64,000 bases of DNA from assembly GCF_964204645.1 (NCBI RefSeq), contig NC_134033.1:248001-312000 (forward strand), in the 5' to 3' direction. The notes below the pieces were generated by a model. It was given only the letters and a program-made list of their open reading frames with translations, had not been told where the DNA came from and made no database searches. Both the position numbers and the translations under genes were made by a program. This DNA comes from Tubulanus polymorphus (Eukaryota; Animalia; Nemertea). Shown piece after piece: positions 41,711 to 55,008 of this stretch. How positions within the stretch are numbered: position 1 is the first letter of the stretch; each line of letters begins with the position of its first letter.

Positions 41711-42290
41711 AATTTATATCAGCATGATTTGGGAGTATTCATTTTACAGCTGCAATATCAGACGACAGCATAAAGCAGATATAAAACTCGCACATAAAGC
41801 GGAAGTTCTCTCCTTCTGTGAGGTGAATACATTTTTCTAACTGCATTTTAGTTTGGACCGCTGTGCTCCACGGGTACAGGGTATCTCGCGGAGGGGCTGT
41901 TTCAATACACTCATGGATCTCCAGCGGAGGGGCTGCTTCTGACTCATGTTTAGCCCTAGTTCAAGACTCTATATTTTATGTAACTTTAGGGCAGGTGACC
42001 AGTGATCAGTCAGGTGAGTGACCAGTGACCAGTCAGATATGGTGACTCTTCACTGACTACCCGCTATTATTCTCTGATAACAACAGTTTCTAATCAGACC
42101 TGATCTAAATTGCCGCCGCCAGTAATAAATTAATCATTGTTATCAAAAATTGTCAGCTGAATTTGTTCTATTTTGTCAACATTGTTGTGCCGCGTCTTAC
42201 CTACAGCGCCTCCTAGTGGAGGAGGAGAATATCCATCCTATAACCTATAAACATCCGCCATCTTACGAGGAAGCAATGAGTAGCACGTGA
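41711..42290 (+). CDS. Possible terminal exons (41711-41822, 42207-42290) of a small protein ending in a PPxY motif (..HPPSYEEAMSST*)
   Basis: CCTATAG and CTTACCTACAG acceptors, GAG|GTGAAT donor, in-phase join, PPSYEEA motif, downstream AATAAA near 42708. The 5' part is unresolved. Confidence 0.35.
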
Positions 42291-43669
42291 ACTCTTCACA
42301 GACACCAAAACCTGAAAGAAGTGAATTAAATTTCATTTTGATAAGTCGTTACGTTTACATCGAAGAATTCATCTCTATTTCTGAGTCTCAGTTTGTTTCA
42401 GGCCTATTTCTAATTCAGCTACGTAATTTGAAATGGTCGTTTGGTTGAGTTTATCGTCACAACTATCACTAATTCAACAGTGAATTTTAAAACTTTGAAA
42501 TCTAATTTTATCGACAACGAGAAGGTTGTGAAATTAGAGGAACTGACCTCGCGAAATTACAACACACAGAGACCTACCTAGAATCGCCGTGAGCGAAATA
42601 AAACCGCACGAAATGACTTCAAAATGATGACTTAAAAAGCTCTATAGAATAATTGTTATAAATTGTTGAATCTAATTCTGTTTTATGTAATGAATTTCTA
42701 TGTTTGCAATAAAACACTGATGTTCAATGGTACAAAAACAACCGCTTCTATTACGAGATTAATTTGAGAGGAGACCTCAAAATAACAAGGTGCGAATGAT
42801 TTAAATATAATAATTATTCAATGATTTGAATCTACAATTAAAAAACCGCGTCTTCTAAAAATATACGCGAGAAATATCGACATCAAAAACAGCGCGACCA
42901 AAATCAGTAAATTAATTCAACCAAATAAACCAGAAACCCAGGTACCACAGGAATAGGACCCGACCGGGTGGGGTGGGTGCTGTCTGAACCTGAAACCAGT
43001 TTTTCGTAAGTAAATGTCATTTGTATTTTATAAGAAGTAGAGTTCAACAGTTCAACTCTTCATCTTAATCAAATCACACTTAACTCACAAACTGTCAAAC
43101 ATTTTCAATCCAGTTCAATTGTAAATAAATGCAACTTTTACTGTTAAAAAGTTCCACTTGAAATTACAACTGTATTTTATATTAACAGCTGAAATTATGT
43201 TCTAATTCACAGATTTATCAACTAACTATTCTAACCTAACCTATATTCGGCCTACCTATTCGGGCTCGGGTTTAGGGGTTAGGGAGGGGGATACTGAAAT
43301 AGAGACATGTTATACAGGTCGCACCGGAATTCTTCAGTCACTCTGTCATCATAATTCAACTTCAGGTTCAATCTTCTGTGACTAGGGGGTCTTGTTCTTC
43401 ACACTGAAATAGAACATACAGGCCGCACCTGAATCGGGCCACTCTGTTGTGTGCTGGGGGTGAAGACACGTACTCTGTGGCCTAGTCTTCTGGGGTCTTG
43501 TCTCAGCGATGACCCTGAAATTGTCATGTTTATTTCAGCTAAACGTTTTTACATTAAAGTCGTTTTCTTATAAAATAAAAGATTCAAAAAACGGAAATTC
43601 TGAAATAAAAGGAAAACACCTGAAAATATAGAAAAACCCTGGAAATAGAAGCATAAAATACAGGATCCT

Positions 43670-45135
43670 AAAATAAAGATATTAGGCATCAAAATAAACA
43701 GACAGCTTCTCCGTCAGACCCAGAGACCCAAAGACCCACAGGACCCTGATGCGAATAGCACCCAAATTTCTTTACTTAAACTTACACATTACACATCTAA
43801 AAACTTACTAACTCACCGAGTAAGTTCCTAAACTAACTAAACCTATAAAACATAATTTCAGCTGTTAATGTTTTTCTAACTCACAGTTTATCCAATCCTG
43901 TGTGTGTAATGTATGAATCCAGGGATCCTCGGAATATAGTCATTTAGTATCCTCGTGTTTTTGATAATAGTTCACAGTTTATTATGAGCGCAGTTTGTTG
44001 TAATATCGCAATAATCCTGATTTAATTTGAACTCCGATTGAATCGATTCCATTCCGAATTCCGTGACGCCTGAAAAATAAAACAAAGAAGAAATTCAAAC
44101 AACCATTTAGTCGAAATACCGATAAATTCATTTCCCGGGCAAAAACCCCTCACAACTTCGCGCCTCACTGCACTCGCTTTACGGGGGTGCCCCTAGTAAT
44201 CGAAAAGGTACCCCACGTATGTTGCCCCCCTCCCCTAGAAATTAATCCTGCATCTACCCTTGTATCTGAATAGTCTATAAGTAACAAGTAGAAGTTCATA
44301 TACCGTTTACATTGCTGGGTTTCACACGTGTGAAAATCAACTCACTTTTTCACGTAAATATGTTGAAATTTGCGATGCGGAAATCTCGACAAACTCACCT
44401 AACAATCGCGTTCATCTTATCCGTATCAGTTTTATCGTTTCTGAATTGTTTTTTTATCGTTTAATTTCGTGTTTTATGATGTAGTTTTAAGCGCGGTGGT
44501 GACGGATTCTAATGGAGCGGGTTTCTTGCTCGCTTTGCACTCGGCTCGAGCGCGGCTGGTCATCACGGCCGGCGATTGGCCGCATAATTGATGCGGGGCG
44601 CAATTTAGTAATTCTGATTGGTCAAGTGGCGCGCATAGCTAATGATGACCTGAACTGGACAGAACCGGTTTCGGTGACCCTGATGATGATACATGTACAA
44701 CTGAATTCTATATTGCGCAATACAGCCAGGCTAACCTGTTATTTATCTATTTGGCCGACAGAGACATTAGTGAAACCGTTAGTGAAAATAAATATATTAG
44801 GCATCGAAATAAACAAACTGCTTTCTGTATCTGCAAGACCAGAGACCCAGAGACTCCACAGGACCCTGACGCAAATAGCACCCAAATTCCTTTACTTAAA
44901 CTTACACATTTTATCTAAGATTGTATTAATATTCATGCATTTCTATAACTTACTAACTCACCGAGTAAGTTCCTAAACTAACTAAACCTATAAAACATAA
45001 TTTCAGCTGTTAATGTTTTTCTAACTTACAGTTTATCCAATCCTGTGTGTGTAATGTATGAATCCAATGATAATCCTTGAGTCAATTTGAATCCTTGTGT
45101 TTTTAACAACAGTTCAGTTTATTGAGCACAGTTTA
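43670..45135 (-). other. Direct duplication of about 330 bp (about 43670-43995 and about 44787-45135) carrying conserved minus-strand splice signals; possible duplicated spliced non-coding gene
   Basis: Both copies keep an AACT|GT(G/A)AGT donor, an about 42-nt intron ending TTTTATAG and a 26-nt microexon with GTGAGT donor; no ORF found. Confidence 0.4.
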
Positions 45136-46120
45136 TATCCATCCGGAACTAGTTTGAGCGCGATTTCATTCCAAATAAATCCTGAACAAGAAAACAATTC
45201 AAATTCCATTTAATTTCCAGTAACGGCTCAGTTTTTGAGAACGGTTTATCTTGATTTCGTTTCAGCGCGATTCCATTCACAATAAATCCTAATATGTTCA
45301 CAAGAGGTGTCTAATTGTTTACGGGAGACAGTTTGAGCACCTCACTGTCCAGACTGGTAAACCATACACCATCGCGATAACCTCCAGGTGGGAACATATA
45401 CAAGACACCCAAATGTAATAATCTGCGCGAACGACAAGAATTGTCGAACACAATGAAGCTTCATATTTCATATTATCTAACTATTGGGGTCACTGGTCAT
45501 AATCCATCTTCGCTCTATAAACTGCGCGGTGACTCTAGTGAAGATATCAATCCATTCTGAACTGCATGAAGTATATATCGGTATAAATCAAATATCTCTA
45601 ATAGTAAAATGATTTAATTTGAAAATTGAATAATTAAATTTGCCGCTAAAACCGGGTCCAGCTTCCAAAACATCCTCATTAATGATTGGACGCATAATTA
45701 GTCATACTCGTCGATGATTGGCTAATTGGTACGAAATATGCATAATCTAAACTAGATGATTTACGCAAGTTCTCACAGGACCCGGTATTTACGCGGGAAC
45801 CTTACAAATCGTTCCACTTTCTTAGGAATAAAAGTTCCATCACTTCAGTGAAAATCCACCCTCCCAAGATATGGCTGACTTCAGGCCCCGATATCTAGCG
45901 GCAATATCGTTCTTGACTCCTTGAAAGGAATTGTCGCCCATCAGGTCAGGAAGGTCCGATGATTTTTATTCATCAAATAAATTTCACTTTTCTCTTCCGC
46001 CATTTGCTTATCTACACCATTATCAATGCATCTAAATCTGTTAAACTTCCTCAACCAGAGAGATTGTTTTAGACATGTATATACTGGTGTAGGTGAATCA
46101 ATCCTTTCTATATCACGACG

Positions 46121-49100
46121 ATGAAGACACGTTTGTTCTTTATAATCTGCACAGTTTTGTTGCAACTGGGAAATATATACATTACACAAACATCTGGAGC
46201 TGAAAGTAAGTTACTGCAGCCGCCATTACTAGACTTTGTAATTATATTTCAGTCAGATTTGCGAATTCGATGACGTCAGTTGTTTAATAATAGATTCACT
46301 ACAGGCCCTAAATGTAATCTGACAAAAAGAACAAACAATAAACACATCTGGACCCAGTTCCATAGTCGCGAGTTAGAGTTAACTCTGAGTTAAAGTTAGT
46401 TCATTTTCAATGAGTTAACTGAGGGTCAAATCTTAACTCTGAACTGGACCCTGGTTGATTTAATTTCACATGAAGTTTGTATCTTGATGTCTGGTTTGAT
46501 AAAAAACGAGTCGCTGATATAATCACCTCACTTACCAGTGGCGGAGTCAGACATTTAAGTAGAGGGGTCAAGTGCACTTTTTCCCAGGTATCTCTCATAT
46601 ATCTCAATGAAAAATACATTCATAAAACCGTGTGCAGTAATTCCCGGCAGACACCGCGCGAAACAGAAATCGATAAAGATTTGAATCGTCGTTAATTTCA
46701 TCATTAATACGATTGATGTTTATATTAATTTGTTTAAGGAATTTACGGGACGCCTCATTCCGCTCGAGATGCAAAACCCGACAATAAAACGCAAGGAGAA
46801 ATGATTCGATATACTTGTAAAATAATTGGCGGAAATTCTAGAGTAATATTCCAAGAGAAGAGAAACGGTTCGGGACAATGGTTAACAGTTCCAGACGACC
46901 AGCTTAACAAAACTAAAGACAAACTGAATGTTGAGTTGGTTGAGCTAAAATTCAAAGCAGATTTCAATCGATACAATGGATCTTCATTTAGATGTCTTGT
47001 AAATGAAAGTCCAACATATCCGGAACCTCTTCAGTTTGATCTGATTGTAGTTAAACGAACTGGTAAGTTACAGTTTGTGTTGCTTATTGAAATAATCAAA
47101 CAATTTAGAACATTAAAACTTGCATTCTTGGTTTTCTTAGAAATAACATAGTTAAATTGAGCTGATAAAATGTCTTATATCTGGTAGTTCGTTTTTAGCC
47201 TATTTGGGAATTTAGTCCCAGCGGGCTAGTGCGTTCACTTTTCATCCGTTGACGGAATCCAGTTATTTTGACGAAGATTCAAGACTGGCGGCCATTGTTG
47301 TCCGCCAAAATCAGTACTTTTTACACATTTTTGAAGTTTTTGAGGGAAATAAAACAATGTGGTTTAAAAGGGAAGGGCGACACGAGCGTATTTTTTCACC
47401 CGATCGCGACGATTCAATTCGCCAGCGCGAATTTAAACGCCCGATACGAGCGGGCACACGTAGCGATTCAACCAAAATTCGGTCAGCGACTGGCACTTAT
47501 CATATCTATTTTATATTCTTAACAGTAACTTTTATCAGGAACTGGACCAAGCAAAGTGAAAGAATCACTTACAAAATGTAGTTTTGTTTTTCTTATTTCA
47601 GATCATGCAGGTTCCAATCAAATCCCGACGATTGAAACCACAACACTGGGGTGAGTTTACATTTCGAAAATAGTTAAAAATGTCCCAGGGAAAAAATCCC
47701 CGGACGATGTACGGGCTCCTGTTGTTTCGTAAAAACGGCTCGTTATGGTCGATGTTTGTTTTGTGAAATAACTTGATTTGATATCTAGCGTGTCTCATTG
47801 GCATTTAAAATCGGAATAAGAATCGGGTGCTGGTTGGTGTATGATCAATGCTTAGAGGTTTATATGTGTTGATGTCAATAAACCGAACTTGTAATAAAAA
47901 CTGAGACATTCAATAATTATTCATGTCATTTTCCACAATGAACTGAAATATTCGATAACGATTTTGCTGCTAATTTATTTTAATCGTAAATTACGCCCTT
48001 TTCATTCAGAGTTCGTCGTCTGGTTATTACTGAAAATGATGGCTCGAAAGTCAAGGTCATTATGAATTTAACTTATTATCAAACTTTCAATATGTGAAAT
48101 GATAAAGTCCCCGGATGTAACGCACGGAGTCTAATTATACCCGCTTAATTCAGGGTAAAACAAAATACACTTTGGTAGATTATAATACAATATCTAAATC
48201 TGATACCATCATCAGTTTCAACTCTACATCAGGGGCCGGTTCCATAGTCATGGCTTAGACTTAAGACCAGTCTAAGACCAACTTGGTTCTATAGCCAATC
48301 TAACAACTTAAGACCAGTCTTAAGATTTAAGGCCACTTTTGGACATAAGTCACGACTGTGCAACTGGGCCCAGAGTTCGGTAAAATGGAATTATTATCAT
48401 TACTCGTTTATTGTTCTCAGACTGACCCCACAAACCGGCTTAAACTGGACCACACTGACTGGACCATGACGATAGTTTACATCGCTTGTGGAGTCATCGG
48501 TTTCCTCCTCATCATCATTTCTATCGTTGTTATCGTCATCGTCATCATCATTTGCAGGTATTTACTGAACAAACAGCAGATTTCTGTAGAGATTATAAAT
48601 ACGTTTGTCTCATTGTTCACCAACATCTACAGTTCAATGTCAAGGTCGATTACTATTGATAAGAGGTCGTCATTAGTTCCAAGTCAAGTTTGTCAGTGAC
48701 GTCATTTATAAATAATAACATATCCGCGCACTTCGATTAGAACACGATAAAATGTGTTATTGTACATGTAGGCTTTACCGAGATAATGGCAAACAAAAAA
48801 AAAACTAGTCAAAGTTTTATTTTTATCACAACAAATAAACGTGAAATTTTAGAATTGATAAGAGATCAGATTTTTGGAAGGAATGCCTACTGGCGGTTAA
48901 TTAATTAAACTCTTCTAATTCCAATAAAGAAAGGCCCAAGTTCCAATTGACTCCACTTATTCTTCAAACTAATAATAAACTCATCACTGAACACGTGTTT
49001 TATAAGGGGCACACACCGGTTTATGCGGAGTTAAATCTTCTTTTTTTAAGAATGTTTCCTAAATGCGAGTTCTTGTGGTTAATGACCTAAAAAATTATAA

Positions 49101-50075
49101 TCTCTACTCAAAATCTGACGTTATTTCAACCATTTCATTTTTTTCTCGGTCGATTTTTCCACTGCTTAAATTATCAATTTTTTCAGACGCAGACGACCTA
49201 TCGGTGAAGGTCGTGTGGAGACTACAACTCTGACTACAACACCGCAGCAACAACTCGAGATGTTAGATGAAGTCTATGATGAGTTGTATGATGACATAGA
49301 TTCTGATAGTGACAGTAACAAACTGCACACCAGCAATCAGAAAACTACTACAGATCCATACATTGATATGGAAGCCGGGAAGGGCAAAGATACGGCTCCT
49401 TATATTGATATGGAAGCCGGGAAGGGCAAAGATACGGCTCCTTACATTGATATGGAAGCCGGGAAGGGCAAAGATACGGCTCCTTATATGGATATGGAAG
49501 CCGGTAAGGGCAAAGATACGGCTCCTTACATTGATATGGAAGCCGGGAAGGGCAAAGATACAACTCCTTATATGGATATGGGACCTGGAATAGAGGCAGA
49601 TACATACATGAGTACTGAAGGCGCGATACGCACAGACACAACTCCCAGCGCCGGAGGAGACACAGATCAATACATGAATCCTGAAGCCTTGGAGACAAAG
49701 TATCTTCAGTTAACGGGAGATACTGATGAACCTTTAGCAGATGATGTTTATTCTTACGCTACTGTTGAATATAAAGCTCCTTATATGGATATGAGACCCG
49801 GAATAGACGAGGATACATACACGAATACCGAAGGTGCACTGGGCAAAGATACAACTCCTTATATGGATATGGGACCCGGAATAGAGGCAGATACATACAT
49901 GAGTACTGAAGGCGCGATACGCACAGACACAACTCCCAGCGCCGGAGGAGACACAGATCAATACATGAATCCTGAAGCCTTGGAGACAAAGTATCTTCAG
50001 TTAACGGGGGATACCGATGAACCTTTGGCAGATGATGTTTATTCTTACGCTACTGTTGAATATACTTGTGATTAA
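46121..50075 (+). CDS. Single-Ig-domain type I transmembrane receptor with a long tyrosine-rich (8x YxxM) cytoplasmic tail, about 509 aa, 6 exons
   Basis: Exons: 46121-46205 (signal peptide MKTRLFFIICTVLLQLG..), 46739-47062 (Ig-like: YTC..W..NGSSFRC), 47602-47650 and 48010-48055 (stalk), 48421-48557 (TM IVYIACGVIGFLLIIISIVVIVIVIIIC), 49187-50075 (RRRR stop-transfer plus tail). Phases 1,1,2,0,2 join without stops. Confidence 0.82.
46351..46450. mobile_element. Palindromic MITE (same TIR family as 17894) with CTG target-site duplication
   Basis: GACCCAGTTC...GAACTGGACC flanked by CTG on both sides. Confidence 0.7.
47190..47350 (+). repeat. Dispersed repeat also present at about 59463-59600
   Basis: Shared TTGGGA.TTTAGTCCCAGCGGGCTA..GCGTTCA and TTTTACACAT.TTT.AAGTTTT.GAGGGAAAT. 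Confidence 0.65.
48233..48370. mobile_element. MITE of the same TIR family with CAG target-site duplication
   Basis: GGGCCGGTTCCATAGTC...GACTGTGCAACTGGGCC flanked by CAG on both sides; internal AAGACCAGTC repeats also seen at about 10860-10940. Confidence 0.7.
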
Positions 50076-51464
50076 ACTCCGTTAGAGGGCGCCACTGGAC
50101 TAACAACAACTGATAATACGTACACAAGACATAACAACGTTTTAACATCATTATTGTAATGGTTACGGCATTTGCGAACTGAACAACATTGAATTTAAAC
50201 TGCAACAATAATTCATTTCATGATAATCCACCAGGTGTCGTTAGTGTAGAGGCAGCAGACGGATATAGGTCACTACAACCCGCGCCACTGACGCAGTGCG
50301 CTGTTTCAATTACATTCAATATTTATGAAGGACATCACAACAAAATCGGTAATTTTTAGCAAATGCATACTTTCGTCGAATTGTATTCAAACTGTAAATA
50401 GAATTTCAAAAAATTAATCTACAAAAATTAACCTTTAAAATCGTTAACTTTTTAATGAGTAAGCATGAATTCAAAATAATAGTCATTTGTAGCTAAACTA
50501 GATTTTTTTTTAGTAAGTTTTAAAAATCTTTTGTCAAAAACTCGTAACGTTTGTGAGGTAAGGATTACTTTATTTAGATAAGATATGATTCAACAAGGAA
50601 GCGCGCAATAATTGTCAATGTAAATACAGTATTATGTACACACAGACCTCTGATAAATCATCGTGAACATTACAACTGGTGCTGAGACTATCAAAGATCC
50701 AACATTAATAAGATGAGAAAGTCGCATTCATTGCATCTCTCACTTGCCGCAAACTCTTGACGTTTTTTGGGATATATTCGCACTATAATCATGTTTGCGG
50801 GAGCAGCATATCGACCTAGTAACCAAGAGACATATTTTCGAAATTAGTTAAGGATTTAGTTAAAGACGCATCGATATAGTTTGGAATATCAGCAATTGGT
50901 TAAAATTTGACAAATAAAAGAAGGCAACATATAACGATATTCGGTAACTTTTAGTAGCAAATAACAACAGCTTTCTTTAACTCTCGTCATATTGGATAAA
51001 CCTATAATGTCACCAGATGGCGTGTCAGTCGGGCACGATTTAGTTTGTGGTTTAGATTAGTTGATCTCGAGCACTATTGGATTATTTTTCCTTTTCAATT
51101 CAGTAGAGGCGCTAATGATGATTGCGCAGAAATTATTTCCGACCGGCACACGCCATCTGGTTACTTCATAGTGTTATTTATCCTATCCTTGATGGCGTGA
51201 GTTGATGAGTATGAGTACCTGAAGGGCCTCAGAGTTCATATATCAGAGAACCCTCAATAACTGGAAGCACCACAAGAGAAAGTTAAGATAGGAAACTGCA
51301 CCCTTTCTCCGTAGCGCGTGAGGAACGGAAGGGCCATGCGTAAAGACGATAGTACGGTCGATACTCGAGTACTGCGGTTTATAATCAAGAGTTCAACAGA
51401 TAACGGGATTGCGCAACGTCACGTGATCTTTATTATCCAATAACAAGCTGTGGACGTGCAACAC

Positions 51465-51600
51465 TTACCGCGCATGCGTGTAAAACGCCCTAAACTTGAC
51501 GGCCAGTTTTTGCGATCGCTGGGTGTTATCGCCTATAGCTGAACGTTAAGAGACAAGAAGAGATCTAGAGAGACAGATAGAAATAATTAACAAGGTGAGT
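51465..51600 (+). promoter_or_regulatory. Putative promoter and non-coding first exon of the multi-Ig receptor gene
   Basis: NRF1-like GCGCATGCG at about 51470 and a strong CAAG|GTGAGT donor at 51594/51595. Confidence 0.35.
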
Positions 51601-51695
51601 AGTCGAATAAAACACTTTACTCCGTGTTTACTGTAGATAAATGAAGAAGAATCACAATTCGAGTTTTATATATGATATAGTTTATTATTTTGAAA

Positions 51696-51740
51696 CCACG
51701 AAGTTTCGACTGTTGACTATTAACAGCCATCATCGGGTGG
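51696..51740 (-). ncRNA. Single degenerate Penelope-type minimal hammerhead motif
   Basis: Minus strand reads CCAC-CCGATGA-T-GGCTGTT..AACAGTC-GAAAC-TTC-GTGG. Stem I CCAC/GTGG and the 7-bp stem II are intact, but U4 is C and stem III is mutated. Confidence 0.5.
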
Positions 51741-51780
51741 AATCACCAGAAACAATAAACATAGCGTATTAACTTTACAG

Positions 51781-51887
51781 GATCCAGATCCACAGTTGTG
51801 AGGTAAGATTTGACTCTGAGTTAAAACATTGAAATTTGATTTTTAACTCAGAATTATCTCTTAACTCACAACTAGGGAACCGGGTCC
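51781..51887. mobile_element. MITE of the same TIR family with CAG target-site duplication
   Basis: GATCCAGATCCACAGTTGTGAG...CTCACAACTAGGGAACCGGGTCC flanked by CAG. Confidence 0.65.
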
Positions 51888-52411
51888 CAGACAAAAACGG
51901 TGTCAGAATTAAGATAAACCGAACAATATAAACAGTTCAAAATGAATATAAATTATGTAACTATGTGAAGTGGACTGAAGTGGATGTGGAATAGCAGAGT
52001 GACACATAGTGACATTAACCAAAATCTAGTAGAGAGTTGATATGTCTGGAAAATAATTGGTTATGTGGAGAAAAACCAATATTTAGATTGGTAAAAGTTG
52101 GATTTCAAAAGTTTACAAATTAGGGCTGATTCCACTATGCGTCTCTTATGAATATCTTCACAATGATAAATGAGTTGAGAATTTTAAAAGTCAAATTGAT
52201 GGCGGTAACAATTCGAATTGTGGGATTTCTTCAATTGATTAACAAAGTATTTTGATGAATTTTCTGATCTTGATGTGTATATAATTATGTGATATTCACC
52301 GATGTAAGTTAGGCCTATAAAGTTACCCCTGTTGTACTGGGCCAGAGTCTGACGTGTGACCTTAACCCGCCTTATAGAATGCTTGTGGAACTGGTTCTGT
52401 CCGTGGATCCA

Positions 52412-52641
52412 TAAAATGTTACTCGATATTTTCTATACTGTGATTTTGCTGTTTTATTTTACTTCCATCTATAAGTTTTGATAATCTCTGAGCGAATGAT
52501 GTATTTTTAATATAATTCTAACTCTTGAGACTGAATGTCTGTGATATTCTCAGATCATCGCTAAATAGTAACCGGACACTTCATTCCTAGACTATTAATT
52601 TATTTTCTGTCAGATAACGATTATTTTTTGTTGTACTTTTC
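52412..52641 (+). repeat. About 230-bp dispersed repeat, near-identical copy at about 60367-60596
   Basis: Long matching block AAAATGTTACTCGATATTTTC...GTTGTACTTTTC. Confidence 0.9.
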
Positions 52642-55008
52642 ATCAATGCTTTTCTTATTTTCATTTTGGTTTTATTCAGGACAATATTACGATTAATAAA
52701 TCCTATTTCCACCGGAAGCCATATCGAATTGGTTTATTCCACATTTAAAAAAAATGTCGCCATATTCAGTAAGAAGTTTTCACAAATCTTCCAATTTCTG
52801 CATATATAATATGTGATAGCCCAATAACGGGGTCGGTTTTGACTTTTGAATTTTTAAGGCTCTGAAATGCAATTTATGCACATTTGGCATCAAATCTATC
52901 CATCAACTAAATATGGTATTATGACTTTTTAAAGGAAATGTATTTCATATGGAAAATTGATATTGTGTAAATAACAAAAAACAACTCGGTGCAAATACGA
53001 AATTATATATTATATAGGCGTACATGTGATGGAATTAGTGAATCAGGCTTATCTCCCTGTACAAACCGCGTCAACGCTTTACGAGATTGCGTGAAATCTT
53101 TTTTAAACGACACACATTTGAACAGTGTCACTGATGTGACTAATATTGCTTGACCGATAGTAACAGCTTTTCATCAAGAAATAAAGGTATAAAAAATGGT
53201 TACATCTTGATGGAAGGAATTCATGGAAAATATCACGTACAGTGAAAACAACCGGTTCAAACTGGTTTTGTAGCTTAAATTTAATCGTTTCAAAATCGAT
53301 TTTATCGTTTAAATGATATAATGAACAAACATAAAACGTCTTAAGGTCATTGTAGAAAGTTATCAAAATCAGTTGTTTATGAGCTGAGATATCGCAGTCA
53401 CAGTAAAAAAAAAGCCGACTGATTGAACTGTGGTCGGTCAAAGTCACGCGAATTTGAGTGTACATGTCTGGTAGGTGCCTGGTTATACTAGGATTACAGA
53501 TACTATCCAAACTACGAAATAGAAATAGTGAGACAACCACACACAATACAAATAACATCATTTATATATATATATATATATATATAGAACGCTGTGAACA
53601 CGGGAGTCAACTACATCAAAACTTATTTCCTTATATTTATATATCCCTTGTGAAGCAACGCATAGTAAAAACGTCACGCGTCAAACACTGTTTTCAGATA
53701 TCTATCTTATCTACAAATTCAAACAACAAGAAAATATACGGCATAAATTACGTGCGAACTAAAATATCATTCTGATAACAACACATGACTAATACACAGG
53801 CTTCGCAATATACTATACAATAAAGAAATTGGAGACAAAATGACAACAACCGAACCTGATAATCAATGCTATAACGTGCAGAATATGTCAATCATGTGAC
53901 TAATATTACTTGACCGATAGTAACAGCTATTCATCAAGAAATAAAGGTATAAAAAATGGTTATAAATTGATGCAAGGAATTCATGGAAAATATCACGCGC
54001 TGTGAAAACAACCGGTTCAATCTGGTTTTGTAGCTTAAATTTAATCGTATTAAAATCGGTTTTGTCGTTTAAATGATATAATGAACAAAACATAAAGTAA
54101 GGTCAATGATTTGACTAATATTTTTAACAGCTTTTCTTCAAGAAATAAAGATATAATACATAAGATAAAAGATATTCATGGAAAAGATCACGTAAAGCTA
54201 AAAGAACCGGTTTAAACTGGTAACCGTTTTTATATCTTATCAAAATTGAATATTTATGAGCTGAGATATCAGAGTTAAACACAGTCAAAAAAACCGCCTG
54301 ACTGAACTATGGACTGAACTCTGGAATTTGAGGTGTCTGGGTGGTTTGGTGATGATCTCCGTGGAGACAACCACTGCCAGGGCTGGGTGAAGGCAGAAAG
54401 GTGACAATTTCTAATGGTGTTTATTTCAGCTCGTCTATTGCAATGACTTTGCACTAAAATAAAATGCTATCGGCGAATATCAGCGAATATTCGCTAAGCT
54501 ACTGTTGAAACAGCTGTAAGAAGTTTAATTTCAAACACGCATTATCATCTTTAACTGGCGTTCACTTGAATATTCCGACAATAGTTTTTCCCCAAGTCGA
54601 TAAGCTCGATTAATATAAGACGCGTTCATGTTATTCTCAAAATCAGCAAAAATAACAATCTTTTCATTCCGAGTTGTTTTTATCACGTAACACGTTGATT
54701 AGCTAAATGAACAAGCGCATCAGGGCAAAATTAAATGCAATATCTCAACATACCGTACACAAATCCAGGTCTACCAACCTCATTCCGAAAAATCAACTTC
54801 AATTATACTTAATTGAATAATTAATTAATCTTAAATCTCAAGATAAAAGATATTTTCCTGTACAAAAATGTGTCCCCAAGTTGATAACAGTGTTTCTAAT
54901 GGAAACGAGAGGTAAGGCGGGGTTTAATGTAGACCTTTAAAAATGCTAAATTCGATTTCAATGATAAAAATTATGGAAACATATATTTCAAGGTATCACG
55001 TTGATGTA

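Noticed and set aside
44641-44704. C/D box snoRNA candidate (ATGATGA ... CTGA TGATGA ... CTGA)
   Set aside because: No terminal stem, the D' and C' boxes overlap, and I could not recognise an rRNA-complementary guide; a snoscan search would be needed.
53103-54310. Similar minus-strand ORFs at 53103-53561 and 53869-54093
   Set aside because: They arise from a local degenerate duplication or triplication of AT-rich sequence, with no domain or splice support.
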